Shown here piece after piece: positions 25,782-35,000 of a DNA stretch of 46,776 nucleotides. A program made the translations under genes and the position numbers. The stretch comes from Thermoleophilaceae bacterium (GTDB taxonomy: Bacteria > Actinomycetota > Thermoleophilia > Solirubrobacterales > Thermoleophilaceae): assembly GCA_040509835.1 (NCBI GenBank), contig JBEVKE010000133.1, positions 1 to 46,776 of the forward strand. The letters run 5' to 3'. Position 1 is the first letter of the stretch; the number at the start of each line of letters is the position of its first letter. The notes below the pieces were generated by a model that saw only the letters and a program-made list of their open reading frames with translations, did no database searches and had not been told where the DNA came from.

Positions 25782-27014
25782 ATGCGACTCGCGTACATCG
25801 TCTCCCGTTTCCCTCACGCCTCCGAGACGTTCATCGCGCGCGAGCTGCGGGCGCTGGAGGGCGTCCGAGGGGACGAGGTCGAGCTGATGTCGCTGTTTCC
25901 GCCGGTCGACCCGAAGGTCCATCCCTCGGCCGCGCCCTTCGTGGACCGCCTCTTCCGGCCCGGCGTGGGGGAGGCGCTGGCGGCACTTGGCTGGTGGTCG
26001 CTCCGGCGGCCGTTCCGGCTTGCGACGAGCATCGGGATCATGCTCCGAGAGCACGTGCGGAGTCGCCGCGTCCTGCCGCGCGCGCTTGTCACGATCCCGC
26101 TGGCTGCGGCGCACGCGCGCGCGGTGCAGCGCGGCGTGGATCACGTGCACGCGCACTACGCGACCTATCCGGCGCTCGCGGCCTGGCTGTCATGGCGCCT
26201 GACCGGAACGCCCTACAGCTTCACGGCGCACGCGCACGACATCTTCGTCGACCAGAGCATGCTGAGGCGCAAGTTGGCGGATGCGGCCTTCACCGTGACG
26301 GTCTCCGATTACAACCGCCGCTTTCTCTCGGAGTACGGCGACCCGGCGCGGATCCACGTCGTGCATGCGGGGATCGACACCGCCGCGCAGCCGTTCAGGC
26401 CCCGATCCGTGCCGGTGGAGGGTCCGGTGCGCGCGCTCTGCGTTGCGAGCCTTCAGGAGTACAAGGGGCACGTCGTGCTGCTGGAGGCGCTGGCCGGGTC
26501 GCCAGTGCTCGAGCGCGTGGCGCTCGACCTCGTGGGCGGGGGCCCGCTGCGCTCGGGCCTCGAGAGCCGGGCGCGCGAGCTCGGCCTTGCGGACCGTGTG
26601 CGGTTCCACGGCAGCGCCACCGAGGACGCCGTGCGCGACCAGCTCGACCGGGCCGACCTCTTCGTGCTGGCGAGCATCGTGGCTCGGAGCGGTCAGATGG
26701 AGGGGCTGCCCGTCGTCCTGATGGAGGCGCTCGCCGCCGGCCTGCCGGTCGTCGCGACGAGACTGTCCGGGATCCCCGAGCTCGTGGCTGACGGCCAGAC
26801 CGGTCTCCTCGCCGCACCGGGCGACGCCGCCGCGCTTCGCGACGCGCTCGAACGGGTCGTTAGCGGCGACTTCCAGCCCGACCTGACGCAGGGGAGGGCC
26901 CTCGTCGAGGAGCAGTTCGAGGCGGCCGAGGCCGCCGCGCGGCTGCGCGAGCTGTTCGCGACGGCCCAGGGCGGGTTACAACAAACGTCCAGCACGTTGG
27001 CGACCACCACTTGA
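25782..27014 (+). CDS. Glycosyltransferase family 4 (WcaL-like)
   Basis: Start at the ATG at 25782 (MRLAYIVSRFPHASETFIAREL...). C-terminal EGLPVVLMEALAAGLPVVATRLSGIPELV motif. Confidence 0.85.
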   Translation: MRLAYIVSRFPHASETFIARELRALEGVRGDEVELMSLFPPVDPKVHPSAAPFVDRLFRPGVGEALAALGWWSLRRPFRLATSIGIMLREHVRSRRVLPRALVTIPLAAAHARAVQRGVDHVHAHYATYPALAAWLSWRLTGTPYSFTAHAHDIFVDQSMLRRKLADAAFTVTVSDYNRRFLSEYGDPARIHVVHAGIDTAAQPFRPRSVPVEGPVRALCVASLQEYKGHVVLLEALAGSPVLERVALDLVGGGPLRSGLESRARELGLADRVRFHGSATEDAVRDQLDRADLFVLASIVARSGQMEGLPVVLMEALAAGLPVVATRLSGIPELVADGQTGLLAAPGDAAALRDALERVVSGDFQPDLTQGRALVEEQFEAAEAAARLRELFATAQGGLQQTSSTLATTT

Positions 27015-27063
27015 TGCCTCTCGCAGGGCCGTCGATGAACACGTGGACCCTCGGTCCGCGTGT

Positions 27064-28329
27064 ATGCATCGCAGAATCGGACTCCTCACCCTGATCGTCG
27101 CGGCACTGTCCCTCGTGCCGGCGAGCCCCGATGCGGAGGCCGGCATGCGTCGCGTCAAGCCCGCTCGCGTGGTCGGGAAGGTTGTCGTCTACCGGCTTCC
27201 ACACCTGAAGCCGGCCCGCGTGCGCCGCGCCCGGATCCAGGCGCGGGGCGTCCGGCGCCCGATCGCGCTCCGCCGCATCAGGCGCGCGGTGCGACGGGGA
27301 GTTCTGCGCACGCGAATCGCCCGGCGCGAGCGGCGCCGCTCGCGGCTCGTGCTCGTGACCGGGGCGGCCCACGCGCAGCGGGGCGTCTGCTCGTGGCCCG
27401 ATGCGTGCTGGCGGCCGTACGCCGACTCCAGTCCGTTCAATCGCCCGCTGCCCCCCGACCCGCGCCTCATGCCGAACTCGTCGGCGATCGTCCATAGCCT
27501 CGCCGAGCGGCCGGACAAGGTGACGGTCGGGAACTCGGCCACGAGCTGGGACTACTCGCACCCCATCTACTTCTCGCGGCCCGGAGACCCGGAGTTCACG
27601 CTTCACTGCTACGAGTCGAGCTGGGGCCGCTGCGCGATCGAGGGGATGCGTGTGCGGGTGCCCGACAGGGCGCGCGCGGCGCGGGGCGAGGATGCGCACA
27701 TGACCATCGCGGACCGCGAGTCGGGATGGGAGTACGACCTCTACAAGGTGCGCTCGAAGCCGGCAGGCGGCGGCACGCTCGAGTTCCGCTGGGGCGGGCG
27801 GACGCGCATCGACGGGTCCGGCACCGGCTCGGGCGCAACGGCGTCCGGGTTCGGGAACCTGGCCGGGATCATCCGGGCGCAGGAGCTCCAGGCCGGCGAG
27901 ATACGGCATGCGCTCTTCATGTTGATCCAGTGCAGCTCGGGCACGACCGTCTACCCGGCGACCGGGGGCGCCGGCAGCCGCTGTTCCGGGGGCGCCGAGG
28001 CCGCGCCGATGGGCGCGCGGGTCCAGCTCGACATGTCCGACGCCGAGATCGCCTCGCTCGACGTTCCGCGCTGGAAGAAGACGATCCTCCGCGCCATGGC
28101 CCAATACGGCATGTACTTCGGGGACACGGGCAGCGGCGGCTGGGGGATCCAGATGGAGTCGGGCGCGACCTACACGAGCTTCGGACTGCCCGACGCGCTC
28201 GCGTCGTTCGCGCGAGCGGCCGGCGTGCCGGGGGAGGGCGGCGAGCACGTGTTCGACATCGGGGCCGGGGTCGAGTGGCGCTCGCGCCTGCGGATCATCG
28301 ATCCGTGCGAGTCACGCGGCGACTGCTGA
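27064..28329 (+). CDS. Secreted protein of unknown family, paralog A (Arg-rich N-terminal region + ~310-aa Cys-containing conserved domain)
   Basis: Signal peptide MHRRIGLLTLIVAALSLVPASPDAEA. The start was chosen by analogy with paralog B (MHRPLRTF...); the GTG at 27043 is an alternative. It aligns by eye with 30854..32296 from PDACWRPY to the C-terminal IDPCESRGDC. Confidence 0.7.
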   Translation: MHRRIGLLTLIVAALSLVPASPDAEAGMRRVKPARVVGKVVVYRLPHLKPARVRRARIQARGVRRPIALRRIRRAVRRGVLRTRIARRERRRSRLVLVTGAAHAQRGVCSWPDACWRPYADSSPFNRPLPPDPRLMPNSSAIVHSLAERPDKVTVGNSATSWDYSHPIYFSRPGDPEFTLHCYESSWGRCAIEGMRVRVPDRARAARGEDAHMTIADRESGWEYDLYKVRSKPAGGGTLEFRWGGRTRIDGSGTGSGATASGFGNLAGIIRAQELQAGEIRHALFMLIQCSSGTTVYPATGGAGSRCSGGAEAAPMGARVQLDMSDAEIASLDVPRWKKTILRAMAQYGMYFGDTGSGGWGIQMESGATYTSFGLPDALASFARAAGVPGEGGEHVFDIGAGVEWRSRLRIIDPCESRGDC

Positions 28330-29461
28330 TCGCCTCGAGCATCCGGTCCGCGACCGCGTCCCATGTGAACCGCTCCCTGTAGCGGCTCGCGCCTGCATTT
28401 CCCAGCGCGCGGCACAGGTCGGGCGCCGTCGCCAGCTCGCGCATGCGCTCGACCAGGGCGTCCTCGTCCCCGGGTTTCACCAGCAGTCCCGTCACGCCGT
28501 CCTCAATCAGCTCGGGCAGCGCGCCGCCGGTACTGCCGATGCACGGCAGGCCCGCCGCCATCGCCTCGAGGACCGCCACGCCGAGCGGCTCGTAGAGCGA
28601 CGGCATGACGAACACGGTGGCGCGCCGGTACAGGTCGGCCATCGCGCCGGCGCCCTCGCTGCCCTCGCGCGACACGCGGCCGAGCACCTGAACGCCCGGC
28701 ACGTCGACGGACAGGTTGGCGGGCCCCGCGATCGTGAGCTCCGCGTCCGGCAGCTCCCGGCGCAGCCGCTCGAACGCCCGCAGCACGGTCGGACCGCCCT
28801 TGCGCTCCCACTGCTTGCCGACGAACAGGAAGCGCGCCGGAGCAAACTCGCGTTCCGGCACGTCCGTCGTGTCCACATTGGCGCCGGCGCCCACCGTGAC
28901 GACCTTGTCGGGTGCCTGGCCGAAGTCTCCGATGAACGACTCTCGGAGCTGCTCGCTCATGCAGAAGATCAGGTCGATCGAGTCGTACAGGCGGCGCTCG
29001 TAGCGCAACGACCAGCGCGCGAACCGCGAGGCGGGCTCGATCCGGAGGTCCGGACGTCTGAGGAAGCCCGCCAGATTGCCGTCGTGGTACGAGCACCGCA
29101 ACACGTGCGGACCCGGGCGGCCGGGATCGAAGTAGCCGGTCAGCTGTAGGAGCGTGTCGGCGCCGTCCAAGGCGGCCGCGGCACGCGATGCGCTCACCCG
29201 GCTCATGGCGGCCCGGGCGAGCGGGCTGAGGAACGAGGCGCCGGCGTTCGCCCGCTGCTTCCAGCGCTCGATGTCAGGCGCAAAGCTGGCGGCGCGCTCG
29301 ACGATCGTGATCGCGTCGGCGCGGCCGTCCACGGCCGCCGCCAGGGCCCCGCGGCGCTCGAGCGCGCGAAGGAGGGCCGCGCTCGAGCCTGAGAACGTCT
29401 CGGGCGCGAATGGGGGGCCGGGTGTCACGGCAAGGATGCTGGGACCGGGGTTCACCTGCAC
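28295..29461 (-). CDS. Glycosyltransferase family 4
   Basis: 388 aa. C-terminal MPSLYEPLGVAVLEAMAAGLPCIGSTGGALPELIEDGVTGLLV motif. GTG start. Confidence 0.85.
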   Translation of the reverse strand: MQVNPGPSILAVTPGPPFAPETFSGSSAALLRALERRGALAAAVDGRADAITIVERAASFAPDIERWKQRANAGASFLSPLARAAMSRVSASRAAAALDGADTLLQLTGYFDPGRPGPHVLRCSYHDGNLAGFLRRPDLRIEPASRFARWSLRYERRLYDSIDLIFCMSEQLRESFIGDFGQAPDKVVTVGAGANVDTTDVPEREFAPARFLFVGKQWERKGGPTVLRAFERLRRELPDAELTIAGPANLSVDVPGVQVLGRVSREGSEGAGAMADLYRRATVFVMPSLYEPLGVAVLEAMAAGLPCIGSTGGALPELIEDGVTGLLVKPGDEDALVERMRELATAPDLCRALGNAGASRYRERFTWDAVADRMLEAISSRRVTRTDR

Positions 29462-29478
29462 CTAGACTCTGACGCGCG

Positions 29479-30654
29479 ATGCGATTGGCCGTCGTCGAGA
29501 GCGCCCCGCGCGGCGGCTTGTTGCACTACGCGGCACAGCTGGCGGCGGCGCTCGCGGCCCGCGGCCACGAAACGAGCCTGGTCACGGCGCGCGACGGCGA
29601 GCTGGACTCGCCGCCGCCGGGCGTGCGCCTCCGGGACGTGCTGCCGGCGGCGGTGCGCACGCCGACCGAGCCCCCCTCCGGCGTGGCCTACCTGATGCGC
29701 CGGGCGGCGATCGCGCTCCGCGTCGTGGCCGCCTCGCTGCGCACGCTGGCGGTCGTCGTCCGCGGCCGGTACGACGGTGTCGTGCTGGTGGACGACCTGA
29801 GCGTGGCGCCGGCCGCGGCGGGCGCGCTCGCGCTGACCCTTGTGCCGCGCGGACCGGTCGTCGCGGCGATCTGCCACGAGCCGCGCCCACGGAGCCGGCG
29901 CGGCGACGGTGATCTGTACGCGCGGTCGCCGGCCCTCCTCGGGCTGTTGCGAGCGTTCTACGCTCGAGCCGACGCGGTCTTCGTGCACGGCGAGGCGAGC
30001 CGCGACCAGTTCCTCGACACGTGGCGCGCCCGCCGGGTCGACGTGATCCCCCACGGCGACTCGCGGCTGCTCGCGGGCGAGCCGCCCGCGCAGGCGGAGG
30101 ACGAGACGATCCTGTTCTTCGGCGAGTGGCGGCGCGCCAAGGGCATCCACGTGCTGATGGACGCCTTCGACCTGGTGGCCGCACGACGGGAGACCGCGCG
30201 GCTGACGATCGCGGGCGTGCCGACGCCCGACGCCGATCCCGACGCGGTGCGGAGGTGGGCGGTGCCGTACGGCGAGCGGGTGACGCTCATCGACCGGTAC
30301 GTGCCGATCGCAGAGCTGAGCGCGCTGTTCGCGCGCACGCGCGTCGTCGCGACGCCGTACGTGGCGGGATCCCAGAGCGGGGTGGTGCACCTGGCGATGT
30401 CGATGGCGCGAGCAGTCGTGGCGAGCGACGTCGGCGAGCTACCGCGTGCCGTGGCCGATGGCGTGACTGGGCGGGTGGTGCCGCGCGGCGACACCGCCGC
30501 GCTCGCCGATGCGCTCGAGGAGCTGCTGGCCGATCCGGGGCTGGCGCGGCGGTGGGGCGAGGCCGGCCGCGAGCGGGTGACCGGCGAATTCGGCTGGGAG
30601 CGCGTGGCTGAGCGCGTCGAGGCTGCGCTCGAGCCTGGACGCGCGTCCAGCTAG
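29479..30654 (+). CDS. Glycosyltransferase family 4
   Basis: 391 aa. MRLAVVESAPRGGLLHY..., ATPYVAGSQSGVVHLAMSMARAVVASDVGELPRAVADGVTGRVV. Confidence 0.85.
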   Translation: MRLAVVESAPRGGLLHYAAQLAAALAARGHETSLVTARDGELDSPPPGVRLRDVLPAAVRTPTEPPSGVAYLMRRAAIALRVVAASLRTLAVVVRGRYDGVVLVDDLSVAPAAAGALALTLVPRGPVVAAICHEPRPRSRRGDGDLYARSPALLGLLRAFYARADAVFVHGEASRDQFLDTWRARRVDVIPHGDSRLLAGEPPAQAEDETILFFGEWRRAKGIHVLMDAFDLVAARRETARLTIAGVPTPDADPDAVRRWAVPYGERVTLIDRYVPIAELSALFARTRVVATPYVAGSQSGVVHLAMSMARAVVASDVGELPRAVADGVTGRVVPRGDTAALADALEELLADPGLARRWGEAGRERVTGEFGWERVAERVEAALEPGRASS

Positions 30655-30853
30655 GCCTGCCGGCGCGCGACCGCCGGCGCGCGGATGCCGACAGTTCGTC
30701 TGACCGAACCCCAAACCGGCACTTCTCGACAAGGGCACCCCCGCCGCGAGGCGGGTCCGCAAAGCCACGGGGCTCCTGACGGAGCCGGCCGGGCTGCCGA
30801 ACGAAGATCGCGTGAGCGGTGCCCAGACGTAGGCACGGAGGTGTCGAAGCGTC

Positions 30854-32296
30854 TTGCACCGCCCGCTGCGCACCTTCATTCGAATCGCCACCCTCGCCCT
30901 GATCGCGGCCGCCGCGCAGGCGGGGGTCGCCGAGGCGCGGGTCGCCGTCTACTCGCCGAGTGGGGTGACGTTGCAGAGCGCCAGCTTCCGGGTGCAGGGC
31001 GTGCGTGCCGTGAGCGTCCGGGCGGCCGTGCTCCGGGTCGGGCGCTCGCATCGCGCCCTGTCTCTGCGCCGGGTGCGCTCCGCCGTCCGCCGCGGGCGTG
31101 TCAATGTGCGCGTTCACCGGGCCCGCCGGGCGGGTCGCCGCCTGCGCCTCGTCCTGCGCCTCCGCGCGTCGGCGGCGACCACGCCGACACCTGCGCGCGA
31201 CCGTCGCAAGGGCGGCCCGGCGCCCACTCCGCCGTCGCCGACGACCGATCCCGTGCCCTCCGAACCGCCCCCCACCGACCCCGTGCCCTCCGACCCGCTT
31301 CCCTCCGGGCCGAGCGGCGACTGCCCGTCGTCACCGACGGGCTTCCAGGCCGGAGCGTGGCCGGATGCGTGCTGGCGTCCATTCGCGCCAACCTCGCCGT
31401 TCAACAGGCCGATCCCCGACACCCCCAGGCTGGTGTCCAACTCCGACGCGATCGTCCAGCGGATGGTGTCGCTGTACAGGGGCCCGGCCAAGATGACGGC
31501 GGGCGACGCGGACACCGAGTACGACTACACGCACCCGCTCTACTACGCGACCGCCGGCGACCCGCTTTTCACGCTTCACTGCTACGAGACGAGCTGGGGC
31601 GTGTGCCCAATCGAGGGCCACAGGATCCGGATCCCGGACGCCGCCCGTCCCGCGGGCGGGGGCGACGCGCACCTCGCGGTGATCGACTACTCGACGGGAT
31701 GGGAGTACGACCTCTACAAGGTGCGCTCGAAGCCCGCCGGCGGCGGCACGCTCGAGTTCCGCTGGGGCGGGCGGACGCGGCTGGACGGCGACGGTCTCGG
31801 GACCAACGCCACCGCCGCCCAGTTCGCGCTCAGCGCCGGGGTGATCCGTCCCGAGGAGATCGCGGCCGGCCGAATCGACCACGCGCTGTTCATGGTGGTG
31901 AAGTGCACGGCCGGCAAGGTCTACCCGGCGCTCGGGGGCGGGGCCCAGTGCGCGGATGGCACGAACGCCCCGGCGGGCGGCATGCGCTTCCAGCTCGCCT
32001 ACAGCGACGCCGAAATCGAGGCGCTCGCGGTCCCGCGCTGGAAGAAGACGATCCTCCAGGCCCTCCGCACCTACGGCGCGTACATCGGCGACACCGGTGG
32101 TGGCGGGTTCAACTTCCAGTTCCAGTCCGGCTCCACCTACACGAGCTTCGGCCAGGCCGACAGGCTCGTCGAGTGGGCGCACACACAGCCGGGAGTCAGC
32201 CTCTACAACGGCAAGTACGTGCTCGATCTCGCACCCGGCGTCGACTGGTCGCGCCTCCGCGTGATCGACCCCTGCGTCACCAGCGGCTCCTGCTGA
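30854..32296 (+). CDS. Secreted protein of unknown family, paralog B (Arg-rich N-terminal region, Pro-rich linker, conserved Cys-containing domain)
   Basis: TTG start with GGAGG (30837..30841) upstream. Signal peptide MHRPLRTFIRIATLALIAAAAQAGVAEA. The C-terminal ~310 aa are colinear with paralog A (CWRPF...HCYETSWGVC...GWEYDLYKVRSKPAGGGTLEFRWGGRTR...VPRWKKTIL...IDPCVTSGSC). Confidence 0.75.
   Translation: MHRPLRTFIRIATLALIAAAAQAGVAEARVAVYSPSGVTLQSASFRVQGVRAVSVRAAVLRVGRSHRALSLRRVRSAVRRGRVNVRVHRARRAGRRLRLVLRLRASAATTPTPARDRRKGGPAPTPPSPTTDPVPSEPPPTDPVPSDPLPSGPSGDCPSSPTGFQAGAWPDACWRPFAPTSPFNRPIPDTPRLVSNSDAIVQRMVSLYRGPAKMTAGDADTEYDYTHPLYYATAGDPLFTLHCYETSWGVCPIEGHRIRIPDAARPAGGGDAHLAVIDYSTGWEYDLYKVRSKPAGGGTLEFRWGGRTRLDGDGLGTNATAAQFALSAGVIRPEEIAAGRIDHALFMVVKCTAGKVYPALGGGAQCADGTNAPAGGMRFQLAYSDAEIEALAVPRWKKTILQALRTYGAYIGDTGGGGFNFQFQSGSTYTSFGQADRLVEWAHTQPGVSLYNGKYVLDLAPGVDWSRLRVIDPCVTSGSC
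31244..31303 (+). repeat. 2 x 30-nt tandem repeat inside the paralog B linker (TDPVPSEPPP / TDPVPSDPLP)
   Basis: Direct reading: accgatcccgtgccctccgaaccgcccccc followed by accgaccccgtgccctccgacccgcttccc. Confidence 0.8.
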
Positions 32297-32349
32297 GTCC
32301 TCCGGCCGGTCCGCCCGCGCGCCGATAATGGCCGCGGACAGCCGGACAC

Positions 32350-33864
32350 ATGACAGAAAAGCCACCCGACACTCGCATCGGCGCACGCACGCTGCGTGGC
32401 GCCTTCTGGGCGTACTTCTCGTACGTCGGCGGCCGGCTGGTGATTCTGGTCGCGACCTCGATCCTGGCGCGGCTGCTCACGCCCGAGGACTTCGGCATCG
32501 TGGGCTTCGCTCTGGTCTTCATGGCGCTGCTCGAGACCGTGAAGGACCTGGGTCTGGGTCAGGCGCTGGTCGCCAGCCGTCCACAGGACGTCTACGAGCG
32601 GGCGGACACCGTGTTCGTGGCAGGGGTCGGCCTCGGCGTGCTCATGAGCGCGATCGTGGCCGCGATCGCCCCGCTGGCGGCTGACTTCTTCGACGAACCC
32701 AAGCTGCTCGCCATCGTGCCCGTGCTCGGCCTGAACTTCCTGATCCGGTCGCTCGGCGCGACGCACTACGCCCTCGCCCAGAAGGAGATGCGCTTCCGCA
32801 CGCGCACGATCGCCGAGTTCTCAGACGTCTTCGTGCGCGGCACGGTCGGCGTCGTCCTGGCCCTCACGGGCGCCGGCGTGTGGTCGCTCGTGCTCGGCTA
32901 CGTGGCCGGCACGATCGCGCTCGTGATCGCGCTGTGGATCCTGGTGCCGTGGCGGCCCCGCCTGCGGCTCGACCGCCGGCACCTGCCGGGCCTGCTCAAG
33001 TTCGGGGGAACCCTGACGGGCGTGGACATCACGGCGGCGATCACGAACAACGCCGACTACCTGTTCGTCGGCAAGGTCCTCGGCCCCGCCGCCCTGGGCG
33101 TCTACACGCTCGCCTTTCGGCTTCCTGAGCTGGCGATCGTGAACGTGGCGACCGTGGCCGGCCTCGTGCTCTTCCCGGCGTTCGCGAACGTCCCGCGCGA
33201 GTCGCTCTCGCATGCGTACCAGGTCTCGCTCCGCTACATGCTGATGGTCTGCATGCCGCTGGCGGCAGGGGTCGCACTGCTCGCGGCGCCGCTCGTCGAG
33301 CTTCTGTTCGGGTCCCAGTGGGGCGGTGCCGTCGATCCGATGCGGCTGCTCACGGTGTACGCCTTCGCGGTGACCATCGGCATCCCGGCCGGTACGGCCT
33401 ACAAGGCGGTCGGCCGTGCCGGCGTCCTCCTAAAGCTGGCCATCCCGCGGACCATCATGCTGGTCGTCGGCGTCTGGATCTTCGTGCACAGCGGACTCAC
33501 CGCGGTGGCCGCGACCCACGCGGTGGTGGCCGGGCTCTTCTCGGTGATCGGCATCGCGCTCGCGTCGCGGCTCCTGGCGGTGCGCGGCAGAGACCTGCTC
33601 CGCCTGGGCGCCGCACCGCTCGTCGCCACGGCCGCGATGTCGGTGGTCGTGTTCGCGATCGATTCGCTCTTCGACTCGGCCCTGGTCAGCGTGCTCGCGG
33701 GCGCGGCCGCGGGCGCGGCGGTCTACCTGGCGGTGCTCAGCATGCTGGCGCGCGACGCCGTCGACGATCTGCGCACGAAGCTGCGGAGCCCGCAGGTGCC
33801 GGCCGAGGCGTCGGGCGAGCTCGATCCGCTGACGGTCACGCGCGAGACGGATGTGATCGCGTGA
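32350..33864 (+). CDS. Wzx-type polysaccharide flippase (MOP/PST superfamily)
   Basis: 504 aa with about 14 TM segments. N-terminus RTLRGAFWAYFSYVGGRLVILVATSILARLLTPEDFGIVGFALVF is typical of PST-family flippases. Confidence 0.85.
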   Translation: MTEKPPDTRIGARTLRGAFWAYFSYVGGRLVILVATSILARLLTPEDFGIVGFALVFMALLETVKDLGLGQALVASRPQDVYERADTVFVAGVGLGVLMSAIVAAIAPLAADFFDEPKLLAIVPVLGLNFLIRSLGATHYALAQKEMRFRTRTIAEFSDVFVRGTVGVVLALTGAGVWSLVLGYVAGTIALVIALWILVPWRPRLRLDRRHLPGLLKFGGTLTGVDITAAITNNADYLFVGKVLGPAALGVYTLAFRLPELAIVNVATVAGLVLFPAFANVPRESLSHAYQVSLRYMLMVCMPLAAGVALLAAPLVELLFGSQWGGAVDPMRLLTVYAFAVTIGIPAGTAYKAVGRAGVLLKLAIPRTIMLVVGVWIFVHSGLTAVAATHAVVAGLFSVIGIALASRLLAVRGRDLLRLGAAPLVATAAMSVVVFAIDSLFDSALVSVLAGAAAGAAVYLAVLSMLARDAVDDLRTKLRSPQVPAEASGELDPLTVTRETDVIA

Positions 33865-35000
33865 CGGCCGACGAGCTGCATGTCCTCGTCCTCATCGACT
33901 CGCTCACGCACGGCGGCGCGGAGCTGCTCCTCACGGACTTCGTCGAAGCCGCGGAGGGGGCCGGCATCCGCGCGTCGGTCGCGTATCTCGGAGAGCGCGA
34001 CGGCAGCCCGAGCGCGGCCCGTCTGCGCGAGCTCGGCCTCGAGCCCCAGTGCGTCCAGATCGATGGCCTGCTCCATCCGGCCTCGCTGCGCCGCCTGCGC
34101 CAGCACGTCAGGAGCGCGCGGCCGGACATCGTCCACACGCATCTCGCGTACGCCGACCTGATGGGAGCCCTGGTGGCCCGGTCGCTCGGAATCCCGGCCG
34201 TCTCGACCATCCACGTGACGGACTGGGGCGCTCGAGGTGTCCGGGACCGCGTGCGCCGCCGGCTGATCGCGTCGGTGCGGCGTCGATTCGCGGCCTCGGT
34301 CGTGACCGTGTCGGACGCGGCGCGCGAGGCGCTGCTCGCCGCCCGCCTCGACCGGCCGGGCCACGTCGTGACCATCCACAACGGCGTGGCGGCCACGCCC
34401 GCCACCGGCGCCGGCGTCGCCGTCCGAGCGGAGCTTGGCCTCGAGCCGGACGCGCTCGTCGTGGCGCAGGTGGCGGTGCTCAGGGCAGGCAAGGGGCACG
34501 CCGTGGCGGCCGAGGCCGTGGCGCGGCTCCGCGCCGAACATCCTGGCCTACGGCTCGTCGTGGCCGGAGAGGGCCCGGCGCGCGCGGACGTCGAGGCCGC
34601 GTTGCGGCCGCTCGGTGACGGTGCCCTGATGCTCGGCCACCGCGACGACGTGATGGCCCTCCTGGATGCGGCCGACGTCCTTCTGCACCCATCCGAGCTC
34701 GACGCGTTTCCCGGCGCGGTCATGGAGGCGATGGCGGCCTCGATCCCGGTGGTGGCCACCCGTGTGGGAGGGATCCCGGAGATCGTCTCGGACGGCGAGA
34801 CCGGGACGCTCGTCTCCGGCCCCGCCACGCCCGTCGGACTCGCCGAGGCGCTCGCTCCGATCCTCGCGGATGCGGAGCTGCGGCTCAGGATGGGGGAGGC
34901 GGGTCGCGCGCGCTACGAGCGCGAGTTCACCGCCGACGGCTGGGTGCGGCGGACCCGAGCGCTGTACGACCGCGTGCTCCGGGAGAGGAAGCGCGGGTGA
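33861..35000 (+). CDS. Glycosyltransferase family 4
   Basis: The GTG at 33861 overlaps the wzx stop (GTGA). VLVLIDSLTHGGAELLL..., HPSELDAFPGAVMEAMAASIPVVATRVGGIPEIVSDGETGTLV. Confidence 0.85.
   Translation: MTADELHVLVLIDSLTHGGAELLLTDFVEAAEGAGIRASVAYLGERDGSPSAARLRELGLEPQCVQIDGLLHPASLRRLRQHVRSARPDIVHTHLAYADLMGALVARSLGIPAVSTIHVTDWGARGVRDRVRRRLIASVRRRFAASVVTVSDAAREALLAARLDRPGHVVTIHNGVAATPATGAGVAVRAELGLEPDALVVAQVAVLRAGKGHAVAAEAVARLRAEHPGLRLVVAGEGPARADVEAALRPLGDGALMLGHRDDVMALLDAADVLLHPSELDAFPGAVMEAMAASIPVVATRVGGIPEIVSDGETGTLVSGPATPVGLAEALAPILADAELRLRMGEAGRARYEREFTADGWVRRTRALYDRVLRERKRG

Noticed and set aside
30657-30688. Direct repeat GCCGGCGCGCG-N3-GCCGGCGCGCG after the GT4 stop.
   Set aside because: It is short, made of self-complementary GC dinucleotide runs that arise easily at this GC content, and has no U-tract or recurrence elsewhere in the window.
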